Of a DNA stretch of 64,000 nucleotides, positions 42,571-55,036 are shown piece after piece (position 1 is the stretch's first letter; the number at the start of each line of letters is the position of its first letter). This stretch comes from Octopus vulgaris (Eukaryota), in the NCBI GenBank assembly GCA_951406725.2, contig OX597814.1, forward strand, positions 37,262,001 to 37,326,000. Reading direction: 5' to 3'. Both the position numbers and the translations under genes were made by a program. The notes beneath the pieces are model-generated. The model searched no databases and was not told the origin of the DNA. It saw only the letters and a program-made list of their open reading frames with translations.

Positions 42571-42692
42571 ATTATTATTATTATTATGTTTATCAATAAT
42601 AGCAATATTATAACAGGTCTATGCGTATGACCAGATAAATAACAATCAATTATTAATAAAAATACTGTTATTATTATTAATATTCATATTCA

Positions 42693-42758
<66 letters not shown>

Positions 42759-42781
42759 CATTATTATTATTATTATTATCC

Positions 42782-42846
<65 letters not shown>

Positions 42847-42974
42847 ATTATTATTATTAATATTGTTATTAATATGTTTATCAATAATAAAAATATAAAT
42901 ATATCTATAGTAAGATTCACTAGACCATACATATTATACTAGATTCTAACATATCAGAAAATTACGATAAAAGA

Positions 42975-43062
<88 letters not shown>

Positions 43063-43956
43063 TATTCATACATATAATAAATGTATACAAATATAAATGC
43101 ATATAAACATATAACATGCAGTTAGAATATGGTTATCATACGTGTGAGTGCGTGTGTATGAGTGTGTCTTTTTTCAGCATCCTTTCAATGGTTAATTCTA
43201 CAGACAGACTTAAATGCCATGTGTAAATGGGTTGAAGAAAACAACATGCAATTTAATGAAAGTAAATTCCAAGCCTCCGCTACGAAGTAGATAGTGCTCA
43301 TATACAGCAACAACAATTCTTTTGGTTGAACGTTGTAGCAATCAAATATCAGGTGAGTGAGTGATCTAGGGATTGATATGAACAACGACGCCAAAGTGGT
43401 GGCAGTTTGCAGGCGAATGACCGGATGAATTTTAAGAACCTTGAGAACAAGAGACCAGCAAACCAATGCAGGCACTATTGAGGATAATAGTAGTTAGCCC
43501 TGTGGATAATTGCTCGCAACTGTGGTCACCACACAGCTTTAAATACATAGCGGAACTTGAAGCGGACATTTGAATAGCTGATCTACTGAGAGAAACAACT
43601 CTACTCTCCCGCTCGAAGACGAGAGAAGTATGCAGTAATATTTTATACTTTTATATTTTATATTTTGAACGTATTGATTAATTGTATTTATTTATGTATT
43701 TTACGCATGTAAATAGTATATACACTTTGCTGATGTATGTATATGTGTGTATATATGTTTATGTATATGGCTATATGTTTTTTTGTTGTTGTTTTTTATA
43801 TATATTAAATAGAACGTGTATCACGTTTAACGTATTAATATTGATATTTTTAAAGTTCCTTATAACCTCTAATGAGACCTATTGTTATTTATATAAGTTC
43901 CCTATTTTTAAATGCCTACAACCTCAGTATGTTGACACCTATAGGCAATGAAAATA
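42105..43956. repeat. ~290-bp inverted repeat pair (42105-42393 / 43666-43956)
   Basis: Reverse-complement alignment visible throughout, e.g. CATTGCCTATAGGTGTCAACATACTG / CAGTATGTTGACACCTATAGGCAATG. Confidence 0.85.
42478..43058. repeat. (TTA)n tracts followed by (TA)n
   Basis: Seen directly. Confidence 0.95.
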
Positions 43957-44357
43957 CGGTGAACGTTCCTGGGTGGGTTGGTAACCAGCTTTGGCGTCAA
44001 GAACTATACTTATCCCGGAAATGGCTGTCACTGCACTGTTCCAATGGTCCCAGAAATCTTGTGTAGAATAAGGACTATGTACTTCACTAGCCTGGGATCC
44101 AAGGGCCCACAGCTTTTTAATGCCTTGCCAAAATATCTTAAGTATCTTCATGGTGTAGGGTAGATGTTTTCAAGAAACAACTTGATCCCATGCTCTCCAA
44201 GATTGCAGATGAAGGCATGTTATATCCACAAACTGCAAAGAGGGTACTTGTGTCGAACTTCCCCTTTCACCAAAAACTAATTGCATAAGAATTGTCACAG
44301 GAAAGGTGATTACACTGGAGATGCTCCAGCATGACCAGCGCGTTGCATTGAAGCATA
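43185..44357 (+). mobile_element. CR1/L2-group LINE 3' fragment, interrupted at ~43640-43956
   Basis: LQTDLNAMCKWVEENNMQFNESKFQ, DLGIDM, ILRTLRTRD, DNCSQLWSPH, RREKYAVI; resumes with KGPQLFNALPKYLK..HG..DVFKKQLD. Confidence 0.8.
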
Positions 44358-44459
44358 TAACATATCTATCTATCTGTATATATATATATATATATATATA
44401 AATAATATGCATTTATACATACGTATACGTACATACTTACATCTATACGTATAAAGAAA

Positions 44460-44734
44460 TATATGCATATGTGGACACAGAACGTCATGAAACAAAATAT
44501 ACGAAGTACGAGTACATGGAATATGAATATGTTAGCATATATTGTTGTCAAATGCTCGAACTGCGAGAGAAGCAAAACAGCCAACAACTGATGAAGGTTC
44601 GTTCTTTATGCTGTTTGTCTTGTTTTCCATTTGTGCTTTTCGTTGTTCGAAAAATAGTTCATACTCCATGTACCCGTACTTCGTATATTTTTGTTGTACA
44701 CAATTCATGACGTCCTGTACCCACATATGCATAT
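44460..44734. repeat. Inverted-repeat element, ~70-bp arms (44460-44527 / 44658-44734), between TA-rich tracts
   Basis: AAAATATACGAAGTACGAGTACATGGAATATGAA / TTCATACTCCATGTACCCGTACTTCGTATATTTT. Confidence 0.8.
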
Positions 44735-47427
44735 ACACACACACATATATATGCATATACATATTGATGTATAGATGTAAATATGTACATATACGTATGT
44801 ATATATGCCTATATATATTATTTATTTATTTTATATGATTGAACGCCACGCATCCTCTTCCAAGTAGGTAATATATGTGTGTGTGCGTGTGTGTATGTGC
44901 GTATCTTCAATAAGCATGTTTACCACTCTGTCGGTTGAACCACACTGATACTTCTGCACAATGAAACAAATTCCTTGTTCAGTGGAACATATATATGTCT
45001 TAGAACGATTTAAATTCATACCTGTATTGTAATGACTCGTTCGCCCCCACTTTTCTATTCTGCTTAATCCTCTTTCCTGAACATCTTATTTTATGATTTT
45101 CTGTACTTATTTCTTGATATTTCATATTTTCATACATTTTTTCTTTAACAAGGTTTCTATACTCGTTATCGTTTTCATTTTTTCTCTTTTGTGTTCTTCT
45201 AATTTCTCCTGTTACCTTTTCATCTTTTCTTCACATTATATTCATCCGTTTTATTCATTCTATCTTTTTTCTTAAATTTTATTGAGTTTTTATCTCTTAC
45301 GTTTCTGTTGCCAATGTTGAATCATAGTTCATTTCTTGTGCTTGATGAGTATGTTGAATATTTTTGTGTATAAATGATTGTATGCATAGTTTTATATTCT
45401 TTTTGTGCATTGCTTGTTCTGTATCGTACTACATTTTCTTTGGTATTCTTCATTCACTCACTTACTTATCGTCTCCATCTTTACTATTTCTTTAGCGTAA
45501 TCTTCAATATTTCTCGGTATTCTTCACATTTTTTTTTATTTCTTATTTTATGTTCTGATTTATTCTTAATCAGCTTGTTCAAGGAGCTTCACAATCTGAT
45601 GTTTCTCTCCTTTTCTTCGTATTTCTCTTCCATCTTTCAGCTATCTTTATTTATATTTTTCTTTAAATTTTGTCTCGGATATAAAGTAATATTTTATACT
45701 TCAGGAGTTTATAGCTCTGAATACATAATTCTGCTGATAAATAAGTATAATTAGGATATGAATCATCTTCTATATCTCAGAGAAGAAAAACAACATCAAC
45801 ACAAATGTTATTTGTACGATGCATGAATAATGTTTGAATGGAGCCAACAAGTAAATCTAGTGGAGAAGCTCGACAAACAACAAATAATCCACAATGTCTT
45901 ATAATATGCATTCTAGAAGTTTGGAGACTTTCTTAAGAAGATATATTTATTAAATTCAAAGAAACAAAATAAAAACTCAAGTCTACTTCAAGTAGGATCC
46001 TCTTACTTCAGTATACTTGTTGTAGCGCTCCAGTCACTTCGTGAAGGCCGAATAGAAGTTCTGAAAATGAAGGTCGCTTGTCCCTTGTCACAAGCACCCT
46101 TATCTTCTCAGTGTCTTCCAAACAACGCCCCTTGAGTCCTACTCTGAGTTTGGGGTACAACCAAAGGCCACAAGGAGTTCTGATCTATAAGAAGGGTAGA
46201 CTACAGTTTGATGCCTTTGTCTGTCTAGTACTTGGTTACCAGAATGGAATTGTGAAGTAGTACATTGTCCTGACGCAGGGTACCTCAACGTAATTTACTC
46301 GGCATCAATCGTAATTAAAACTTTTTTCCATGAAGGCAGCTTACACATTAGAGGACACATCGCTAATATTCGACTGACGAAAGGTGCTACAATTAACACA
46401 GTATCACTTTTCTAAAGTGATAACAACAAATACAGTTTCACAGATGTAATTGAAATTTATTGTACATAAACGGCACACAAACGCCCGGGCACATAGACAT
46501 GTACGTTGCTTGCAGGAAAAAGTTGAGAATATAGCAAATCAAATGTGTTTACAAAACTTGGTTTCAATATAGTATTTCACCTCTAAGATAGTGATCTGGC
46601 AAAATCATTACATTCATCATTTTGGGGTCAATAAAATAATTACCAGTTGAACACTGTGGTCGGTGTAATCTATTTCGCCCCTCCCGCGGAATATTACATT
46701 TCAACCTTTGAATATCCATCAATACATACGTTGCAAATATATTGTGTGAGTTTCCTGTGTCTTGGTGTCCGGGTTTATGTGCATATCCACCTGTACAATG
46801 CTGTGTGCCAAACGAGAAACACTTTTGGCGTTAGTTTCAATCGTTTCAGTGGCAGTAAAACAGAAAAAGGATCACGCTATCATAGAAAAGAAACACTTTA
46901 ATGATTTTACTGGAATATTTAATGTAGGTGTACTAGTTATAAAATTAATGTATTAGTCTAATGGACACCAAACGCATGATTGACAATTTTAGTCTATCTG
47001 TTTTAAATTAAATAATTACGTACGTTTGATATGACTGATTTGTTTAATCATGGGTGATCTACACCGATTATGTAAAAAAGTAATCAGAAAATCATAAATA
47101 ATTTTTCTTACTGACAAAGTTATGTAATAATCTGTTAATAAATAATAACATTTCGTGGCTTCGAATGTAAATTAAAAAGTAGATATATATTTGTATGATG
47201 CTTGAGATTAGCTATTTAAGTCTGTGTTTACAGTAATTAATTATTCATAGTGCGAAGAAATGGATATTCATGTAAGTTAAACTGATAACTTCAGGTGACG
47301 AATATTTCATGATTGATAAAAACATGTAAATTTGCAGATTCTACAGTGGGAGCAACAGAATATGCATATGCTCTGAATTATCTTTATGTAGATATGAAAA
47401 TATTCACAATGTTTTCAAAATAAGTCC

Positions 47428-47468
<41 letters not shown>

Positions 47469-47573
47469 ATCTGGTTGTACATATTTACATCGCTCAGCCA
47501 AACTCTTATGCATAACATCTAGATGTATGATAGGCAAATATACATTTATTTAACCAGGAAACTTCCATTGGGT

Positions 47574-47610
47574 TACAGACGTTTTGCACCCTTTGGTACT
47601 CATACCTGTA
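47574..47610 (-). ncRNA. Heavily decayed HHR-like motif
   Basis: Minus strand: TACA GGTATGA GTACC-AAAG-GGTGC AAAA CG TC TGTA. Stems I and II pair; four core substitutions. Confidence 0.35.
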
Positions 47611-47619
47611 TATATATTT

Positions 47620-48720
47620 ACGGCATGGCTTGGCTTCCTGCTCTTGCTTGATGGGAGGCCTCATCATAACCCGACGAGATCCACCAGTGCTCTCCATCGC
47701 TGGTGGTCTGATACCAGTCCCAGTGTCTCATCCAAGGTGCAAGGTAAAGTCGAGTCTCTGGAGACTTTCTCTAGTCATGTCCATCCATTTGGTACGGGGA
47801 CTACCACAATGTTCTTACAACCCGCAAATACTGAGTCGAATGAATGGAAATCCCTGGTAAAATGATCTTGTGAGAGATGGAGAATATGTCCGTACCAGAG
47901 CATGCGAAGAGATGGCTGTGAGCTGGAAGCCTGTTGGCCGGTGCTTGCACGCAGGCCGTTCTTTGTTTGAAATGTGATGTTACCAACTGAAGTTCTTAGA
48001 GCATGGGTCTTAGAGCTCTGCTATCGAAGCAGTTGATCTTCTTTACTAGAGTTTTTGTGGTGTCCATAAAAGAATATAAAATAGACCGATGCGTTGTGAA
48101 TGCAGAGCTTAATATTCCGGGAGATAGAACAGTGGCACCGGAAGCGAGGCCATAAGGGGTGTCTGATCCCAGCGTTTAGAGCATAATTGCGGTTAATATC
48201 CGGAGTCAAGTTTCCATTGTTGGTTAATGTGGAGCCTAGGCAGACGAAGGCGCTGACAAACTCCAAAATGTCGGGGATCAAAGCGGAGAGAGGGTGGCTG
48301 CACCATCTTCGTCATGCATCAGCTCGCTCTGAGCCTAACTCACCTGAAGGCTAAGATATGCTGGTTTTTCTGTATAAATGGCCAGGGTGTCCTTGAGATG
48401 ATTCATCGATTTACTGCGTAGAGAAGCATTGTCCGCACATTCCAGGTCGGTTAGGTGGTAGTTCTCGCCGGTAACACCAAATACTCCCTAACCGACCCTG
48501 GTCATCCAGTCAGACTCTTTCACGTTCACGTGCATGCATTTGTCTGCACTGCTGTAGACCCATTAAAACAGGATGGAGAACTTAGGAGGGGCATCGGTGA
48601 GTTTGCCAAGTTTTAAGAGGGATGCTTGGTAAAGCGTGTAGAAAGCTGCCTTGAGGTCGCCGAAGTGGCGTAGAGGGTATGATCTTTGTGAAACTGACGA
48701 GATCTTTAAATTTTGATACG
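47620..48720 (-). mobile_element. RTE-like LINE 3' fragment
   Basis: Minus strand: LTDLECADNA (YADD-like), FVCLGSTLTNNG...DINR, IKLCIHNASV, PRTKWMD...RWRALV, then a short AAGCC-type tail. Confidence 0.8.
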
Positions 48721-49097
48721 AAGGGCGAAAAATGGTCGGAAGTAGATAGATTCCATACAGATACAGCTTTTTGTGGGTGTTGAGGTATTGATTCCTTCTA
48801 AAGGCAGGAAATGCACGTTTGAGAAAGATAATTATCCCACTACATCAAGTTATATATATAACTGTGTGTGCATGGGTGTGTGCGTGCGCGACTGTGTGTA
48901 TGTGTGTGTGCGTTTGAGTGAATGGAGGGTCTCATTGCACTATCATTTATTATGAATGATATGAAACTCATTTAGGGATAAAAGCGTTAAAATTCCAGTA
49001 ACTCCACCGTGGAATTTCAAAGAGCTATTCCCAAAACAGTAAAACAGTAGCAGATTTATAAACATCTATATATATTTATATATATAAAGTCATTCAA

Positions 49098-50039
49098 AGT
49101 ACTACTAGTGAATACTGGTCCCGGTGCGCGCACACGCGCAGTCGCGCGTTCGCACTAGCTAGTCGTAAGTAGTCGGTCCTACAACGACTTGCGCGTATGC
49201 AAATGAGTTGATTGGCGATACAAATTTGTTAGCGAACAAAATAAAATAATATTTTACAGAATAAAATAAAAGAATTTATTAAAGAAAGTAAATAAATTAT
49301 TTCTTAGAACAATGTATATGATTTTTTTACACAAACTTAGTTAATTAATATTTTTTATGAATATACTAAGATTTTTTTTTAAATGTATATAATATTTTTA
49401 CACAAATTAAACAAAGTAAATAAAAAGCAAATAGCAAATAAAAAATTGAGTATCTCACAGTTCTTGGAATTCGTTCGAAAATGCCACCAAACAATAAATT
49501 AAAATGTTGAAGTTCATTTGCGTTCCTCGAATGTGAACCATTCTGAAAGGTGCCTCAGGATGTTTTCAAAACATTCCTGTCCACTTTTTCCATACTGTTC
49601 CCTCCACAGAAATTCATCTAGGTACGATTCCACCATGTTAGTGTGTACCCCCATCATTGTCAAAATTAATTAACTAAGCTTAAAAAATTATTTACATTGT
49701 TCAAAAAATATTTAATTTGTGTAAAAAAAATCATATACATTGTTTTAAAAAATAATTAATTTTATTAGTTAAAAAAATTATTTACTTTGCTTTTTATTTG
49801 ATTTGTGTAAAAAAATCATATACATTGTTCTAAGAAATAATTTATTAACTTTCTTTAAAAAATTATTTTATTTTATTCTGTAAAAACTTATTTTATTTTG
49901 TTCGCTAATAAATATCTATCGCCAATTAACTCATTTGCATACGCGCAATTTGTTGTAGGATCGACTACTTACGACTAGCTAGAGCGGACGCGCGAATGCG
50001 CCTGTGCGCGCACCGGGGCCAGTATTCGCTAGTACTACC
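49098..50039 (-). mobile_element. Non-autonomous Merlin transposon: ~235-bp TIRs, 9-bp TSD, transposase C-terminal remnant
   Basis: 49098-49335 is the reverse complement of ~49802-50039; flanks GTCATTCAA (49089-49097) and GTAATTCAA (50040-50048); right end GG; internal subterminal repeats. Confidence 0.85.
49514..49657 (-). pseudogene. Merlin/IS1595-like transposase C-terminal fragment (47 codons)
   Basis: MMGVHTNMVESYLDEFLWREQYGKSGQECFENILRHLSEWFTFEERK*; YL.EF.WR is the Merlin/IS1595 C-terminal motif. Confidence 0.8.
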
Positions 50040-50150
50040 GTAATTCAATTAATATTAAAATATTTTGTATAAATTTAATATAGTATTATTAACACGGTAC
50101 TAAAAATGTCTATGCTAAATAATATACACTAAAAAAATACCCATCAAAAC

Positions 50151-50249
50151 GACGACGCGCGTTTCGTGACTACGTATACGAATCTATAATATCAAAATAA
50201 TAAAATTAATATTTCTTTTATCCAACGATACATAGTCTCTCTTCAGGTC
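50151..50249 (-). ncRNA. Type I hammerhead ribozyme, intact core
   Basis: Minus strand: GAC CTGAAGA GAGACTATGTAT-(50 nt)-ATACGTAGTCAC GAAA CGCGCG TC GTC; GUC cleavage triplet. Confidence 0.8.
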
Positions 50250-52361
50250 TCAGTATCATAAAATAAATTTACAACATAAATTAAGACGATATACTTACAC
50301 AATAATTTATAAATAATTGATAGGATTTAACAATATTAAAGAAAAGTATGAGCATGACTTATCTTTTTGATGAGCACCAGTCAACTCTGCAAATTAATGA
50401 TGGCTACTGAAGTTATGTCCTCTATTTATAGTATTTCTCATGTATGGGAGATAATTCTTATTTAATGAATACCAGTACTAAAGAAAATACTATCCTCTAT
50501 TTAAGGTTTCTGGAGTAGGGGAGATAATTATAAAAATACTTCAAATATTAAAAATAGGAAAAATAGCAAAAATATATATATATATATATGAAGGAAACAA
50601 AAATAATTTCCGTGGATAATTTATTTAGTTAAATAAGTAATCAGACAGAATTTCCTGGGTTTTTTTTTCTGAAAAGTAAAAACGTTACTTATCTTAAATA
50701 TGTCAATTAAACTAAAAATTAAACGTTAAACTAAATATTAAAGCTTATAATATAAAATTTACAATTGACAAATTTGGAATTAAAATTATACTAGATAAAA
50801 ATTATACTAAACATATTAAAAATTAAATACAATTTTATTGTTACATGAATTCTATAACTTTAAGTCATTACGTAAATAATAATTTTAGGACTGATAAGGA
50901 GGATTATGCATTATAAAGTTGCAAATTGAAATTTTAACCGTTAAACTAAAATTTGGCGTTGCAAAAAATTCTGTTAATTATAAATCTGCCGTAAATTATT
51001 ACCCCAGGAGAACTATATCCAAGGAAAAAAGATGATATTCAAAGGCGAGACACCCTACAGAAGATTGCCAATATGCAACATGAAAATAAAATATTATATC
51101 ACAATACGAATCAAGATCATGTGGCTAGTTGAAAAGTATACGAAATTCGTTTACAGATGAATTTAACTTCCAAAACACATTTGATAATACGTGATATTTA
51201 ATCCACTAAAGATATCTCATATGCTACACATCATACTGTGTCTCTTGGGAAGTTAACACAAAGTTTTCCATCATCATTCAGCATATTCAATGCAAAAGTA
51301 AAACAAGTATTAGAAACGAAATTCAACGGCATGAAATTTATTTGAAAAATATTCACGTGTAGAAACATATGCGTATGCTCATTTTTAACCATATTAATTA
51401 AGACGCATGCAGTGACTCTACATTCATTTTTGAAGGAACTGAAATATATTTCACAGTTGTAAACAACTCAGAAATTACAATCATAAACTCTGCATGACAT
51501 GTATTCAAGAATTTGTTAATAATATACTTCCATGAAATCATAAACCACAGAGCATGAATACATACAAACGATATACTAACATTTCAGAGAAGCTACAAAA
51601 TACAAAATATATGAAAATAAAACATAAGGAAGCAACATATGCAAAAGAAATAAAACTCAAACTGTGCAAGATAAACTGATAAACTAGGACTCCAAAAATT
51701 TTAATTTGACGTCTGTTGTAAGTCATTATATAAATCGCATTCCGTTTCCCATTAGCAAAGACAGAAATAAAAGCTCTAGATTTTGCAAACTCCAAATTCC
51801 AACTCAGGTCTTAATTAATTGACTTAACGCTATAGGAATGATATTCATTATTTGCATAGTTTATTTGCATAGTTAACATTCAACTTGAAATATATCTCCC
51901 TCATATATATTCCTTGCTTAATTTCCGTAATTGCTTAATTAAGGAAAAATTTAATGAAAGTACTTCAGTAATCTTTAACAATAAGAAAATATTGTTGCCT
52001 TCGTTTGTGTTTGTGTGTGTATGTAGAGAATTAGATGGGATGCTAGATTAATGAGAATGTGGGAGTATATTCGGTTTCGGCTCTTCGTAATATTTGTTGT
52101 TTGATTTTAAAACAGAACATTATCAGTACATTGAAGCAATTCACAGAATAAAATCGAAAACTGATGTTTATAGTGTGGATTAATTCTTTAATTATGCGAG
52201 CATGCCTAGGAAAAAATAAGAGAGTGCTAGATAAAATTGTAGACGTACTTGTAATTTTCTTGAGGATGTTGTGCTGTTTTGTAAAGAGAGAGTTCGAAAG
52301 AATAAATTTACGTGTTCACTTAATTTTTACATCATCGGTCGTCTACTACTCATATATATGC

Positions 52362-52363
<2 letters not shown>

Positions 52364-52456
<93 letters not shown>

Positions 52457-52496
52457 ATATATATATATATATACACACACATATATATATATATGT

Positions 52497-52533
<37 letters not shown>

Positions 52534-52535
52534 CT
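52364..52535. repeat. (TA)n/(TG)n microsatellites
   Basis: Seen directly. Confidence 0.95.
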
Positions 52536-52608
52536 GTGCGTTTGTATATATACATCTAAAGACAAAAATAATAGGTCAGAGAAGTGACGGAGGGTGCTAG
52601 GCAGAACC

Positions 52609-52828
52609 GTTTACGCTAATATGAGTTAAGCTAACTCTAAAGCCACAAATGACTAACCCAATGATTTACAAAAGGAGGCGATACCCTATCTTATGTATGA
52701 TAATTAAAGAGTCAACACCAAGATTCGAAATCACGATCCGGCTTCATACGATAGGTGATTGCCTCCCCTTGTCAATCACTGAGTTATTAATGGCTTTAGA
52801 GTTAATTAAACTCTTATTTTAGCATAAA
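52609..52828. repeat. Decayed inverted repeat (~85-bp arms) enclosing an HHR-like 3' half
   Basis: TAACTCTAAAGCCA / TGGCTTTAGAGTTA and CCTATCTTATG / CATACGATAGG; spacer has GAGTC-AACACCAA-GATTC GAAA TCACGA TC. Confidence 0.6.
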
Positions 52829-52888
52829 ATGTGCTGTCCAGCACCCGCCTTCACTCCTTTTCATAGTTTTATGAATATATAAATATAT

Positions 52889-53161
52889 CGTGGCACTCAG
52901 TCTGTTACGACGACAAGGGTTCCAGTTGATCCGATCAACGGAACAGCCTGCTCGTGAAATTAAAGTGCAAGTGGCGAGCACTTCATAGACACGTGTACCT
53001 TTAACGTAGTTCTCGGGGAGATTCAGCATGACAGAGAGTGTGACAAAGCTGGCCCTTTGAAATGAAGGTAGAATAGAAACAGGATGAAAGAGTGAGAGAA
53101 AGTTGTGGTGAAAGAGGACAGCAGAGTTAACCACACCCCACCTGCCGGAGCCTCGTGGAGC
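52889..53161 (-). mobile_element. 5'-truncated SINE: family B body with family C tail
   Basis: ~53104-53161 matches 57442-57497; 52889-53065 matches 21320-21495. Confidence 0.8.
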
Positions 53162-54151
53162 AGTAGAGTAATGTGATAAAGACAGATATGGACGTGACAG
53201 ACAGAGTAACGCGAAACAACGCTCTCGACTATCTTTATGTAACACACATACATGACTTTTGGAACTGATGGGTATACGTCAATTATTATGTTGAGTAAAC
53301 CACGTTCACAGTTTATTCTACCTAGTGACATCTACGGTATGGGTTTATTTCTTCTGGATCTACATTAGGAATTCAGCAGTGTTAGTTGAGATAATTGATG
53401 AAAGAAATGAAAGATAGATTTAGCGCTGGACTTTATTCAGTACAACGATAGTTTCGACCCATCCTGCAACTGTCCTTTATGGGGAGGATAGTTTGGATCT
53501 AATATAGTGAGTTGTCCTAGTTGAACTGCTCTTACCCGCTGGATGTTGGTTATGACAGGTATGTCCCTAAATATCGAAAGTAAAATTTTCGGATGCTGCA
53601 GTAATGATTGCTATTTCGTTTTGGTGACGTGGTCACGTCTCTGATTTAAATAGGAAAAAGATCTATACAAAGTTTACGTACTAGCAGTAGTATAACACTT
53701 TCTCCATCAAAATACTTTGCCTAGATTATATTCTAGCGATTTTCCACCGGAGAACTAAGCTGAAGACAATATATCACCACTATAAATAATGTTATACGCT
53801 TCCGGCTAACATATCTGAAGAATCATTGATATTTTCCAGTGGGAGTATTCAGCGAGAACCCAACATTAACATACTGGTAAATTATATTCCATAACACATA
53901 ACATATTGCATCAAGATATAAAATTAAAGCTAGTATCTTACTTTTCAACTGGTTTAATTCCTTACTTATTGACTTATGGATAACTGATTTGATATATATG
54001 AATGTGTGTGTGTATGTGTGTGTAGAAGCATATATATTCACACATGCAAACGCATAAATATTTAATTATATATATGTGCGTGTGTATACATATACATACA
54101 CGAACGCAGGACTCAAACACACACGCACACACATACGTATATATATATATG

Positions 54152-54201
<50 letters not shown>

Positions 54202-54282
54202 GTATACGTGTATGCGCGTTGGGGTTTGCGTGTGTGTTTGAGTCCTCCGTTCGTGTATGTCTATGTATACACACGCACACAC

Positions 54283-54319
<37 letters not shown>

Positions 54320-54574
54320 TATATAATTAAATATTCATGCGAATGCATGTATGAATATGTATGCATGTATGTATGTATGTATGTATGTATGTATGTATGT
54401 ATGTATGTATGTATGCATGTATATATATATGTGAGTACACATATGTATCTGAATACTGAGACGGAATAACTAGAAGGAAAAACAGAGAGACAGAGTCACA
54501 GAGAAGACAAACATACTGATAGAAAAGAGATAGAGAGAAATTTCGATCAGGCATGCGTAATAACCTGCAATCCT

Positions 54575-54823
54575 TTTAATTTTTACTTGTTTGAAACATG
54601 AGTCTACAGTCATGCTGGGGCATTAACTTGAAGAGCTTATTGAAAGAATTGACTCCAGCACGTATTTTTTAGAAAGTCTGGGACTTATTCTTTCGGTCCC
54701 TTTTTACAGCATCGAAAAGTAAACGCACTAACACCTGCGAAGCATTAGGTTATGGGGAAGGGGGCAGCAGACTCAAAGACTCTCACTCATTCTTTCTCTT
54801 GTCTATCCAATTCTCTTCCTCTC

Positions 54824-54861
<38 letters not shown>

Positions 54862-55036
54862 TTTTACTCTCACACACAGACACACAGTAGACTTCTGTCA
54901 GTGTCTGTGAAAAACAACCAACACAAGGCTTTGGTCAACTGGAATTTATAGTAGATCTTCGTCTAAAGTACCACGCAGCGGGACTGAATCCAGAACCATG
55001 TGGCTGGTAAGTAAAGTGCATACCACACAGCCACGC
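54575..55036 (-). mobile_element. Decayed full-length SINE (family A)
   Basis: Head GCGTGGCTGTGTGGTA...GGATTCAGTCCCGCTGCGTGG on the minus strand; internal (CT)n. Confidence 0.75.

Noticed and set aside
51848-51874. Two adjacent octamer motifs (ATTTGCAT)
   Set aside because: Explained by a 13-bp tandem duplication in AT-rich DNA; no independent regulatory evidence.
53438-53565. Minus-strand GGTC GAAA CTATCG TT GTAC with a long stem II candidate
   Set aside because: The 5' core reads CTGTCAT; too degraded to support.
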